From Chiloscyllium plagiosum (lineage: Eukaryota), in NCBI RefSeq assembly GCF_004010195.1, contig NC_057719.1, positions 39,844,872 to 39,908,871 of the forward strand: a DNA stretch of 64,000 nt, written 5' to 3'. Below are positions 36,622 to 49,230 of this stretch, piece by piece. A model generated the notes under the pieces. It did no database searches and was not told where the DNA came from. It saw nothing but the letters and a program-made list of their open reading frames with translations. The translations under genes were made by a program, and so were the position numbers. Within the stretch, counting starts at the first letter, position 1, and every line of letters starts with the position of its first letter.

Positions 36622-37644
36622 GTTGGAGAGTGTGGCACTAGAAAAGCACAGCAGGTCAGGCAGCATCCGAGGAGCAGGAGAGTCAACATTTTGGACATAA
36701 GCCCTTCGTCAGAAATGTGGGGATAGGGGAAGGGGCCTGAGAGATTAGGAGGGTGGCGGGGGGGGGGGGGAGAGAGAGAAGATACCTGGGAAGGCATCGG
36801 TAGATGCAAGTGGGGGTGATAGTGATAGGTTAGTGGGGAGGATGGAGTGGATAGGTGGGAAGGAAGATGGAGAGGTAGGACAGGTAGGACAGTTCAAGAG
36901 GGTGGTGCCAAGTTGGAGGGTTGGATCTGGGATGAGGTGGGGATAAGAGAAATGAGGAAACTCAACATGAAGTTGATGATGATGCTATATGGTTGGAGGG
37001 ACCCAAGGCGGAATATGAGGCGTTCTTCCTCCAAGCTTGGATTTGGCAATGGAGGAGGCCCAGGACTTGCATGTCCTTGGCGGAGTGGGAGGGCGAATTA
37101 AAGTGGTCAGCTGCAAGGCAGTGGGGTTGTTTGATGTGTATGTCCCAGAGATGTCCCCTGAAACCTTCCGTGAATTGGTGCCCTGTCTCCCCAAGGTAGA
37201 GGAGACCATAAAGAGAGTAACGGACACAATAGATGAGGTGTTTGGATTTGTAGAAAAATCTCTGCTGGATGTGGAAGGATCCTTGGGGGCTTTGGATGAA
37301 GATGAAGGGGGAGGGGTGGGTGCCTGTAACTCAGCACAGCCCTCTTGAACTGTCCATCTTCCTTCCCACCTATCCAGTCCATCCTCCCCTCTGACCTATC
37401 ACCATCATCCCCACTTGTATCTACCTATCACCTTCCTAGCTACCTTTCCACCACCCCCACCCTCCTATTTATCTCTCATCATCTCCGCCCCTCCCATCCC
37501 CCAGGTGCATACACATTCCTGATGAAGGACTTACTCCCAAAAAATGACTCTCCTGCTCCTTGGATGCTGACTGACATGCTGTGCTTATTCAGCACCACAC
37601 CTTTTGACTCTGACCTCCAGGATCTGCAGTTCTCATTTTCTCTC
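36622..37644. mobile_element. Fold-back PLE insertion with GIY-YIG remnant
   Basis: Minus arm about 36622-37320 (HFNSPSHS..DM.VLGLLH remnant) and plus arm about 37325-37644. Decayed hammerheads at 36685-36712 (-) and 37519-37546 (+). Confidence 0.8.
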
Positions 37645-37739
37645 TGGGTATTAAAGAAAGCAAATGAAATGTTGACTTTTATTTCAAATGCAGTGGAGTA
37701 TAAAATATCTTGCTAAAACTGGACTAGACCATATGTAAT

Positions 37740-38303
37740 ATCACTTAAAAATGTGTTGCTGGAAAAACGCAGCAGGTCAGGCAGCATCAAAGGAGAATGA
37801 GAATTGATGTTTCGGGCATAAGCCCTTCTTCAGGAATGAGGAGGGTGTGCCAAGCAGGCTAAGAGACGGAAGATGAGTCGCTCTTCCTCCAGGCGTCGTG
37901 TTGCCATGGTCTGGCGATGGAGGAGGCCAAGGACCTGCATATCCTTGGCAGAGTGGGAGGGGGAGTTAAAATGTTCAGTCACCGGGTGGGTCTCAGTCTC
38001 AGTCCCAACCCTCAGACTCAGCACCGCCTTCTTGACCTTCAATCTTCTTCCTGATCTCTCCGCCCCCACCCCGTTCTCCGGCCTATCACCCTCACCTTAA
38101 CCTCCTTCCACCTATCGCATTCCCAACGTCCCTCCTCCCTACCTTTTATCTTAGCCTGCTCGGCACACCCTCCTCATTCCTGAAGAAGGGCTTATGCCCG
38201 CAACGTCGATTCTCCTTCTCCTTTGATGCTGCCTGACCAGCTGCGCTTTTCTAGCAACACATTTTTAAGCTCTGATCCCCAGCATCAGTAGTCCTCCCTT
38301 TCT
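37740..38303. mobile_element. Fold-back PLE insertion with two hammerhead motifs
   Basis: 11-bp TSD ccatatgtaat at 37729-37739 and 38304-38314. Arms 37744-37864 and 38149-38269. Motifs at 37806-37833 (-) and 38180-38207 (+). EHFNSPSHSAKDMQVLGLLH...RRLEEERLIFRL. Confidence 0.9.
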
Positions 38304-41300
38304 CCATATGTAATGTCGTATTAGCAATTTTGGAAGCCTTTACTGGAGAGGGTAGTGGAGACTGGATGATTAAATAAATGCAAGACTCTGACAGATTTTT
38401 AATCAGTGAAGGAACTAAGTGTTATGAGGAAAAGGCAGAAAAGTGGGATTGAGAATTATTAGATCAGCCATGATCTTGCTGAATGATGGAGGAAATGGAG
38501 CCAAACTTGAAAAAGCTTTTTTTTATCTCCTAATATGCACTATACTGTTAGGTCCTGATCAGAAATAAGTTAACTATATGAGTATGCAACAAATATTGAG
38601 GTTCAAGAATGCATTTTGTTCATTTTAAGTATTTAGGCAATCTGTGTAACTCTCAGAATATTGAAATAAACATATTCCTTTCTAGAATGTTTTATTATCT
38701 AATTAAATGGAAATCATGCTGTCAGATTTGAGTTGATTCAAACTCTTCACCTGTAAAAAAATCAATGGCAGTATTCATAAAATCATTATCCCAGTGGTCT
38801 AATTTTCCAACTTTTTGCAGTGGTTAATTTACTAAGGTCTGCTAAGAATTTGGAGCAAATTACTTAATTTCAGCTACTAAATAATAGTCTTCCAAGCGAA
38901 TGAATCAGACATTACAATAAATTAAAACCATTTGACAAGATGCCCAAACTCCAACTTAAGATGTGGGCTGTGATCGTATATTTTTGTAAATACATGTCGT
39001 TAGAGATGCCTATAGAATTGGTCAAGTGAATATGGGCAGATTTTTGCTGTTTAGTTATACATGTTGGTGACCCAAGGTTATCTTCCTCGCTACTAAAATT
39101 AGATTGGAACTTCATAAAGGTTATCTGAAATGAATGTGTGAAATGCATTCAAGAAGTGCCTCCAGGAATTTCTTTAATGCATTAACAAACACAGAAAATG
39201 CTGGAGAAACGCAGCAGGTCTGGCAATATCTGTTCTAAGAGGAACAAAGTTAACGTTTTGAGTCCATTATGTCTGTTCTTCAGCTCTGAAAGAATTTTTT
39301 TTTAATGCATCATGCACAAATCAAATATAGGAGCATGTGGTTTACCTATATTTTGTCGTCATTTCACAAGAGGGGCGACAATTTGAGAATACACCTTGGA
39401 TCTTTGAATATTTACAGATGCTTTTGACATTTCTTCCTTGGATGCTTTTATTGTCATTTTTCTTGGTAGGAAAGAGCACGAGTACAGACAGCTCAGGGCT
39501 GGAGAGAAACCTGAAGCGGGAGGATTTAGTCATTGTAGTTTATGAAGATATCAACAACGTAGATATGACAAATGAGGTTCTGAATAGTCAATATGAGGAG
39601 CTAGATGTCAAATTAAGAAGCAGAATCTAAAACAACTTAATCTACATTATCATTACCTGAGCCATGTGCAAATGACCATGGGGCAAGTCAGATTAGAATG
39701 ATGAACACGTAGCTTGAAGGTTGGTGTGGGAGAACTTATTTTTATTCTTGGCGCATTGGGATCTTACTGATTTGATAGTCTTTACTTAGATTGTGCTAGG
39801 GCTGGTATTCTTGCCAACCCCACAACCAAGGAAGTAGAGAGCATTTTAGAGTAGAGGGGGCAAGAGATCACATTGGGGAAGATGTGGTAAATCAAAGAGT
39901 ACAGTCAAGGCTAAAGATATTTATTTATCATAAATAATAAACAGAATCTGACAGAAAGGAAAAGAGAATATGAATCAGTCAACCAACAGATCTAGAATTT
40001 GCAAAGTGAGTCGAAGGACCATTTCTCACAAAACAGCCCCATAAACCTTAATGCAATTGATAAAAATTCATCAACCTCTATTTTAAAAGTTTTCAAAGAA
40101 TGAGGTTCTGCAGCCCGAGGAGGTGGGGAATTCTGAGTAAAACAAACTCTTCTTATCTCTGTCCTATGTGATACTTCCTTTATTTTTAAGTTGTGCCCCC
40201 AGTTCTGGATTCCCCAACCAGGAGAAACATTATATTGGCATCTACTATGCATATCCTTTTGAGTATTTTGTAGGTTTCGATGTGTTCACCTCATGCTTTG
40301 AAACTTTGGAGAATACAAGTCCAGTTTGCCCAATCTCTCTTCATAGAACAGTCCTGCCACCTTGGAAACCAATCAGATGAATCTTTGTTGCATTCTCTCT
40401 ATGCCAATAACTTATTTTCATTGCATCATAGAATCCCCAAAAAATGGAAGCAGGCCATTCAGCCTATTGAGTCCACATTGACCCTTCAAAAAGCATCCTA
40501 TCCAGACCTCCACCCTGTCTCATTTCCCATGGGTAATCTATCCAGCCTGCGTACCTCTGGACACTGAGCAATTTAGCATGGCCAGTCCACCTAATCAGCA
40601 CATCTTTGTACTGTGGGAGGAAATCCATGCACTGGATTTAATTTTGTAAAACATTCTTGATTCGCAACAGTCCCATTAGATTGAAAAAATAGTAAATTTA
40701 ACTCTTTCGATCAAGAAGAGATGGTGACAGAAAGCAGGAACTACAGGCCAGTTAGCTTATTGAAGGGGAAATATTAGAAGTCATTGTTGAAGACATTAAA
40801 ACAGGACACAGTTAAGTTCAAGGTGATCAGGCAGAGTCAATATGGTTTTGTGAAAGGGATATCATGTTTGATCAGTCTTGTAGAGTACTTTGAGGAGGTA
40901 ACACATTGTGGGTACAGGAAAGTTAATGGATGCATTGTGCTTATTTCCAGCAGGCATTCAATAAGGTGCTACATCCAAAGTTATTGGGAAAAGTAAAAGC
41001 TCTTTGTGTAGGGGCTAGCATATTGGCATAAATAGTTTGGCTGGCTAATTGGAAGCAGTGAGCATGGGAAAATCGGTCATCTTCAAACTAGCAAAATGTA
41101 AGGGGATCTCAGCTTAAATGCATTTAACAGAGTTCAAGTTTGATTTGGTAACAGAGAAGGAATAGTGATGTTGTTCCCATCTAGGACAATGTATGAGTTG
41201 AAGGGAACTTGCAGGTGTTGGTGCTCCATGCATTTTCTGCCTTTGTCTTTTGCAGGTTTGGAAAGTGCTATCGAAAGAGCCTGGGTGAGTTAGTACTGTA

Positions 41301-41774
41301 CATCTTGCAAATGTGTCACTGGTGAAGGGAATAAATGTTGGATGAAGTACCTGTTAAGTGAGCTACTTTGTGCTGGATAGTGTTGAGCTTCCTGAGCTGC
41401 AGTCGCCCATGCAAGAGTTGACTTCTCCATCATATTTCCAAACCTCCACCTCGTATTCAGGCACTAGGAAAAAAGGAGTTGAGTTACGCACTGCACAATT
41501 CCCAACCTCTGACCTGCTTTTGTAGCTACAGTATTTATATTGCTGGTCCAATTCAGTTTCTGATCATTATAACTCTCAGGGGAAAGTGTAGGTGTAAACT
41601 TTACGCTGAGTATGCAGTGTCCTGTTATGGTTTTGGGAGCAACATTAATTAAGTGCATCGCAGCACCCAGTAAACATCTATAATCTTTTTATTGTAAATA
41701 TTTATGTTTTGTCTGTGAGCTTTTGTTTCTTATATAATGACATGCTTTGCTCAGTATCTCACAAACAAACATGG

Positions 41775-44465
41775 CTATCAGCTATCTGTAAGAATAATAG
41801 GGTGGTTATGGTAGGGGATTTTAACTTTCCAAACATAGACTGGGACTGCCGCAGTGTTAGGGGGTTAGATGGAGAGGAATTGAAGTGTGTACAAGAAAAT
41901 TTTCTGATGCAGTATGTGGATGTACCTATTAGAGAAGGTGCAAAACTTTACCTACTCTTGGGAAATAAGGCAGGGCAGGTGACTGAGGTGTCAGTGGGGA
42001 GCACTTTGGGGCCAGCGACCATAATACTATTAGATTTAAAATAGTGATGGAAAAGGATAAACCACATCTAAAAGTTGAATTTCTAAATTGGAGAAAGGTC
42101 AATTTTGATGGTATTAGGCAAGAACTTTTGAAAACTGCTTGGTGCCAGATGTTTGCAGGTAAAGGGACAGCTAGAAAATGGGAAGCCTTCAGAAATGAGA
42201 TAACGAGCATCCAGAGAAAGTATATTCCTGTTAGGGTGAAAGGGATAGGGAATGCTGGATGACTAAAGAAATTGAGGGTTTGGTTAAGAAAAAGAAGGAA
42301 GCATATGTAAGGTATAGACAGGATAGATCGAGTGAATCCTTAGAAGAATATAAAGGAAGAATGAGTATACTTAAGAGGGAAATCAGGAGGGCAAAACAGG
42401 GACATGAGATAGCTTTGGCAAATAGAATTAAGGAGAATCCAAAGGGTTTTTACAAATATATTAAGGAGAAAAGGGTAACTAGGGAGAGAATAGGGCCACT
42501 CAAAGATCAACTAGGAGAAAGTGAGGACTGCAGACGCTGGAGTACCAGAGTTGAAAAGAAGGGCTTATGCCCGAAATGTCGATTCTCACACCCTTCAAAG
42601 AACAGCAAGGCGGCCTTTGTGTGGAGCCGCAGAAAATGGCAGAATACTAAACGAGTATTTTGCATCAGCATTTACTGTGGAAAAGGATATGGAAGATATA
42701 GAAAGTAGCAAAATAAATGGTGATGCCTTGCAAAATGTCCATATGACAGAGGAGGAAGTGTTGGATGTCTTGAAATGCATAAAGGTGGAAAAATCCCCAG
42801 GACCTGATCAGGTGTACCCTAGAACTCTGGGAAGCTAGAGAAGTGATTGCTGAGATATTTGTATCATCGATAGTCACAGGTGAGGTGCCAGAAGACTGGA
42901 GGTTGGCTAACGTGGTGCCACTCTTTAAGGGTGGTAAGGACAAGCCAGCGAACTATAGACCAGCGAGCCTGATGTCGATGGTGGGCAAGTTGTTGGAGGG
43001 AATCCTGAGGGACAGGATATACATGTCTTTGGAAAGGCAAAGTCTGATTAGGGATAGTCAACATGGCTTTGTGCATGGGAAATCATGTCTCTCAAACTTG
43101 ATTGAGTTTTTTGAAGAAGTAACAAAGAGGATTAATGAGGGCAGAGCGGTAGATGTGATCTATATGGACTTCAGTAAGGTGTTCGACTAGGTTCCCCATG
43201 GGAGACTGATTAGTAAGGTTAGATCTCACAATACAGGGAGGACTAGCTATTAGGATACAGAACTGGCTCAAAGGTAGAAGACAGAGGGTGGTGGTGGAGG
43301 ATTGTTTTTCAGACTGGAGGCCTGTGACCAATGTAGTGCCACAAGGGTCGGTTCTGGGTCCTCTATTTTTTTGTCATTTACATAAATGATTCGGATGCGA
43401 GCATAAGAGGTATGGTTAGTAAGTTTGCAGATGACACCAAAACTAGAGGTGTAGTGGACAGTGAAGAAGGTTACCTCAGATTACAACAGGATCTGAGAAT
43501 GGGCAGAGGAGTGGCAGATGGAGTTTAATTCAGATAACTGTGAGTTGCTGCATTTTGGGAAAGCAAATTTTAGCAGGACTTATACGCTGAATGGTAAGGT
43601 CCTAGAGAGTGTTGCTGAACAAAAAGACCTTGGAGTGCAGGTTCATAGCTCCTTGAAAGTGGAGTCGCAGGTCGATAGAATGGTGAAGAAGGCATTTCGC
43701 ATGCATTCTTTTATTGGTCAGAGTATTGAGTACAGGAGTTGGGACGTCATGTTGCGGCTTTACAGGACATTGGTTAGGCCACTGTTGGAATATTGCATGC
43801 AATTCTGGTCTCTTTCCTGTCGGAAAGATGTTGTGAAACTTGAAAGGGTTCAGAAAAGATTGACAAGGACATTGCAAGTGTTGGAGGATTTGAGCTATAA
43901 GGAGAAGCTGAACAGGCTGGGGCTGTTTCCCTGGAGCATCGGAGACTGAGGGGTGACCTTATAGAGATTTACAAAATTGAGGGGCATGGATAGGGTAAAT
44001 AGACAAAGTCTTTTCCCTGGGGTGGAGGAGTGCAGACAGGGAGAGGCTGAACAGGCTGGGGCTGTTTTCCATGAAGCGTTGGAGGCTGAGGGGTGACCTT
44101 ATAGAGATTTACAAAATTGAGGGGCATGGATAGGGTAAATAGACAAAGTCTTTTCCCTGGGGTGGAGGAGTGCAGAACTAGAGGGCATAAGATTAGGGTG
44201 AGAGGGGAAAGATATAAAAGGGACCTAAGGGGCAACCTTTTCACACAGGATGGTACGTGTATGGAATGAGCTGCCAGAGGAAGTGGAGGAGGCTGGTACA
44301 ATTGCAACATTTAAGAGGCATTTGGATGGGTATATGAATAGGAGGTTTGGAGGGATATGGGCCAGGTGCTGGCAGGTGGGACTAGATTGGGTTTGGATAT
44401 CTGGTTGGCATGGACGGGTTGGACCGAAGGGTCTGTTTCCATGCTGTAATCTCTATGACTCTCTC
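41775..44465 (+). mobile_element. CR1 LINE ORF2 (part of endonuclease, RT, 3' UTR), disrupted
   Basis: VVMVGDFNFPNIDW, KSPGPD, VPEDWRLANVVPLFK, SQHGF..GKSCL.NL, FADDTK and ctctatgactct tail. 139-bp tandem duplication at about 43897-44176. Confidence 0.95.
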
Positions 44466-44749
44466 TGAATGAAGATAAAATTCAACAGTACACAATTCAG
44501 TTTCAGAAAATGCAGATCATCTCAGCATTGACCATTTTCAAATTTAATGTGATTTTATTTTATTTCTTAGGCTAGTAAATTAGTGGTATTTCAGAAAATT
44601 TGAAAAAGTACTGTGCATGTTCTATCCATTGAGTTTTGATCAACCATGATTACTCGAAACACAAGCTTAAGTTGCTTTTTTTTTTACCAGTAGCAACACC
44701 TTATTTAGTGCATGTTAAGGTGCAACTTAGATTAATCTTACCATATTAT

Positions 44750-45270
44750 AGTCATAGTCAAAGAGCTTTACAGCATGGAAATAGACCCTTCGGTCCAACT
44801 TGTTCATGCCGACCAGCTGCCCTAAGTAAATCGAGTTCCACTTGCCAACATTCGGCCCATATCCCTCTAAAACCTTCCTATTCATATTCCCTTCCAGATG
44901 CCTTTTAAATGTTGTAACTGTACCAGTTTCCACCACTTCCTCTTGTGCTGTTTCCATACATGCACCACTGTCTGCATGAAAAAGTTGCCCCTCAAGTCCC
45001 TTTTAAATCTTTTCCCCTGTTGCCTTAAACCTATGCCCTCTAGTTTTGTACTGCCCCACTCCAGGGAAAAGACCTTGTCTATTGACCCTATCCATGTCCT
45101 TCATGATTTTAGAAATCTCCATAAGGTCACTCCTTGACCTCTGAATTTCTAGGGAAAATAGCCACAGCCTATTTAACCTCCCGGTATAGCTCAATTCTCA
45201 ACTCTGGAATTATCCTTGTAGATCTTTTCAGCAAGATTCCAAGTTTCATAACATCGTTCCTATTGCAGGG
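44750..45270 (-). mobile_element. CR1 3' fragment
   Basis: KTRGHRFK and TFKRHLEG motifs. Confidence 0.85.
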
Positions 45271-45354
45271 AAACTATTGGATATCATCCTTGAAAAGAAC
45301 AATACTGCTAAACAACCCTGTAGTTTATTCAAACTGGTGTAACACGATTAAAAC

Positions 45355-48300
45355 AGACAATAGGTGCAGGAGTAGGCCATTCTGCCCTTCGAGCCTGCAC
45401 CACCATTCAATATGATCATGCTGATCATCCTTAATCAGTATCCTGTTCCTGCCTTATCTCCATAACCCTTGATTCCACTATCCTTGAGAGCTCTATCCAA
45501 CTCTTAAATTAATCCAGAGACTGGGCCTCCATTGCCCTCTGGGGCAGAGCATTCCACAACAACCACCACTCTCTGGGTGAAGAAGTTTCTCCTCATCTCT
45601 GTTCTAAATGGTCTACCCCGTATTTTTAAGCTGTGTTCCCTGGTTTGGCACTCGCCCATCAGCGGAAACATGTTTCCTGCCTCCAGACTGTCCAATCCTT
45701 TAATAATCTTATGTCTCAATCAGATCCCCTCTCAGCCTTCTAAACTCAAGGGTATACAAGCCCAGTCGCTCTGGTCTTTCAGCATAAGGTAGTCCCACCA
45801 TTCCAGGAATTAACCTCGTGAACCTACGCTGCACTCNNNNNNNNNNNNNNNNNNNNNNNNNNNNNNNNNNNNNNNNNNNNNNNNNNNNNNNNNNNNNNNN
45901 NNNNNNNNNNNNNNNNNNNNNNNNNNNNNNNNNNNNNNNNNNNNNNNNNNNNNNNNNNNNNNNNNNNNNNNNNNNNNNNNNNNNNNNNNNNNNNNNNNNN
46001 NNNNNNNNNNNNNNNNNNNNNNNNNNNNNNNNNNNNNNNNNNNNNNNNNNNNNNNNNNNNNNNNNNNNNNNNNNNNNNNNNNNNNNNNNNNNNNNNNNNN
46101 NNNNNNNNNNNNNNNNNNNNNNNNNNNNNNNNNNNNNNNNNNNNNNNNNNNNNNNNNNNNNNNNNNNNNNNNNNNNNNNNNNNNNNNNNNNNNNNNNNNN
46201 NNNNNNNNNNNNNNNNNNNNNNNNNNNNNNNNNNNNNNNNNNNNNNNNNNNNNNNNNNNNNNNNNNNNNNNNNNNNNNNNNNCCAGGTACACTACATCCA
46301 CTGGATCTCCCTTGTCCATCTTCAGAGTTACATCCTCAAAACATTCCAGAAGATTAGTCAACATGATTCCCTCTTCATAAATCCATGCTGACTCTGACCT
46401 ATCCTGTTACTACTATCCAGATGTGTCGTAATTTCATCCTTTATAATAGACTCCAGCATCTCCACTGAGGCTGAGGTCAGACTAACTGGTCTATAATTTC
46501 CTGCTTTCTCTTTCCCACCTTTCTTAAAAAGTGGTACAACATTAGCCACCCTCCAATCAGCAGGAACTGATCCCGAATCTATCGAACTCTGGAAAATAAT
46601 CACCAATGCATCCACGATTTCTCGAGCCACCTTGTTCAGTACCCTGGGATGTAGATCATCAGGCCCCGGGGACTTATAAACCTTCAGACCTAACAGTCTC
46701 TCCAACACCAATTCCTGGCAAATATAAATTCCCTTCAGCCACTGTTACCTCAGGGAGATTGCTTGTGTCTTCCCCAGTGAACACAGATCTGAAGTACCAA
46801 TTCAATTCTTCTGCCATTTGTTTGTTCCCTGTAATATATTCCCCTGTTTCTGTCTTCAAGGGCCCAATTTTAGTCTTAACAATTTTTTTGCCTTTCACAT
46901 ACCTAAGAAAGCTTTTACTATCGTCCTTTATATTTTTGGCCAGTTTACCTTCGTACCTCATTTTTCTCTGCGTATTTCCTTCTTAGTAATCCTCTGTTCT
47001 TTAAAAGCTTCCCAGTCCTCCGTTTTCCCACTTATCTTTGCTATGTTATACTTTTTCTCTTTTAACTTTATATGTTCATTAACTTCCCTCATCAGCCACG
47101 TCCACCCATGCCTCTTCCTAGGGTTTTTCTTCCTTTGTGGAATGAACTGAGTCTGCATCTTCTGCATTATACACAGAAATATCCACCATTGTTCCTCCAC
47201 TGTCATCCCTGCTAAGGTATTGCACCATTGACCTTTGGCCAGCTCCTCCCTCATAGCTCCATAGTTCCCTTTATTCAACAGAAATATTGTCACTTCCGAT
47301 TGTACCCTCTCCCTCTCAAATTGCAGGTTGAAGCTTATTGTATTATGGTCACTATGTCTCAATGGCTCTTTCATTTCGAGATCCCTGATCAATTCTGGTT
47401 CGTTGCACAATACCAGATCCAGAATTGCCTTCTCCCTGGTAGGCTCCAACACCAGTTGCTCTAAGAATCCATTTCGGAGGCACTCCACAAAGTCTCTTTC
47501 TTGATTCCAATACTATCCTGATTCTCCCAGTCTACCGGCATGTTGAAATCCCCCATAATAACTGTAGTAACACCTTTGTGACAGGCCAATTTCAGCTTCT
47601 GATTCAACTTACATCCGACATCCAGACTACTGTTTGGGGGCCTGTAGATAACTCCCAAGAGGGTCTTTTTACCCTTAGTATTTCTCAGCTCTATCCACAC
47701 TGACTCTACATCCCCTGATTCTAGGTCCCCCCGCGCAAGGGACTGAATATTCATCCCTTACCAACATGGCCACCCCACCCCCTCTGCCCATCAGTCTGTC
47801 CTTACTACACAGACCTACAGAGAGAGAGTGACTGAAGGTGAGATGTGTAGTGATTGTAACAAGGTCAGCCATGTGTTATTTCACTCAACCTTACAGCATG
47901 ATGCCTTTCCGAGTTTTCTGCCTCATTAATACAGTTGTCTTTCTTGACTTCTCTTGTTCTAACTTTCCTTTCAATTTCCTTTTTTTGTCTCCTCCCCCCC
48001 CCCCCCCCCCCCCCCACCCCGCTACTTATTTTAAATGTAGCTGTGTTGCAGTAGCAAACCTGCCAGCCAGAATGCTGGTCCCTAACTTAAGGTGCAAACC
48101 GTCTCTCTTGTATAATTTATGCTTACCACAAAACATATCCCAGTGATCCAAGAACTTAAATCCTTGCTTCCTGCACCAGTTCCCCAGCCACACGTTCAAG
48201 TCCATTATCTCCCTGTTTCTGGCCTCACCAGCTCAAGGAACTGGAAGCAAACCGGAGATAACCACCCTGGACGTCCTGCTTTTCAGCCTTCTCCAAAGTC

Positions 48301-49230
48301 CCGCTGTAGTATGTTCCTCCTCTTCTTCCCGACATCATTTGTGCTGACATGTGCCACCACCTCTGGCTCTTCACCTTCGTCCTTGAGGATTTACTGCACT
48401 CTGTCTGTGATGTCTTTAACCCTGGCAACAGGAAGGCAACACATCATCCTTAAGTCCCCCTGCTGCCACAAAAACCCTGATCAGTTCCTCTCACTATAGA
48501 GTCCCTTATTACCACGGCTCTGTGCGATGTCCGACTCTTCTGCTCTGCCTCCACGCCAACTTTTGATTGACAGACCTGGCCGCCTCGCGGACTGGCAGTG
48601 TCATCTGTCTACTGTTTCCAAAAGATTCAACTTGTTCCTGACAGGTACTTCCCCCGGGGTCTCTTGAACCTGTCTCCTCTCTGCCTTCCTTATCGTCTGC
48701 TCTCTTCTGCTCTTTTCTGGTATGGTCGGTGTAATAACCTCGCTGAAGGTCTTGTCCAGAAAGATCTCGTTCTCTCGGATGAACCTAAGGTCCTCGAGTT
48801 CTTTCATCAGTGCTGCAATATGCTCTATCAGTATCTGAATGTGCACACACTTTCCACACTTATACGAGCCAGACACACCAGAGTCGTTGACCTCCCACAT
48901 CAAGCATGTAGCACACTGAACCAGCTTGGCAGTCATGCCTTCACCCTCTTCAACTGTGGCGTAATCACTTCACTCAACCTCCTTGTCAAAGACTTCTGAG
49001 CTAAAGCCTCACTCTTCAATCCACAGGAACTTCCTTGGACCCTCTTTTTGGGGCAAGTCTGTGGACTTTTAATTTAGGTTAGAGGAGGAGGGAGTGTGGG
49101 AGGGAGGCCCTACTTTGTAGGACCTAGGGTCTAGAACACACCCTCTTAAATAACAATCACTTACCTTCCCGACCGGCTTTGCACTCCGACTTCACTTCCG
49201 CCCAGCTACCGCCGCTCTCTGCTGCAAAAA
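45355..49230 (-). mobile_element. Near-full-length CR1 LINE (5' UTR, ORF1, ORF2), frameshifted, spanning the gap
   Basis: ORF1 MTAKLVQCATCLMWE...CGKC...L..L..L (zinc finger/leucine zipper) followed by esterase remnants. ORF2 VESVWIEL...LGVIYRPPNS, MGDFN, ILDLVLCN, SDHN, SVPADWRVANVVPLFKKG. Confidence 0.93.
45837..46282. other. Assembly gap (446 N)
   Basis: Run of N inside the CR1 RT domain. Confidence 1.

Larger units (their letters stand above)
35815..38490 (+). mobile_element. Old CR1 RT region interrupted by two fold-back PLE insertions
   Basis: Decayed YLDFQ and KFVDDTK motifs; CR1 3' end near 38400-38490. Confidence 0.75.

Noticed and set aside
45810..46364. Long ORFs containing X runs
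   Set aside because: They are artefacts of the N gap.
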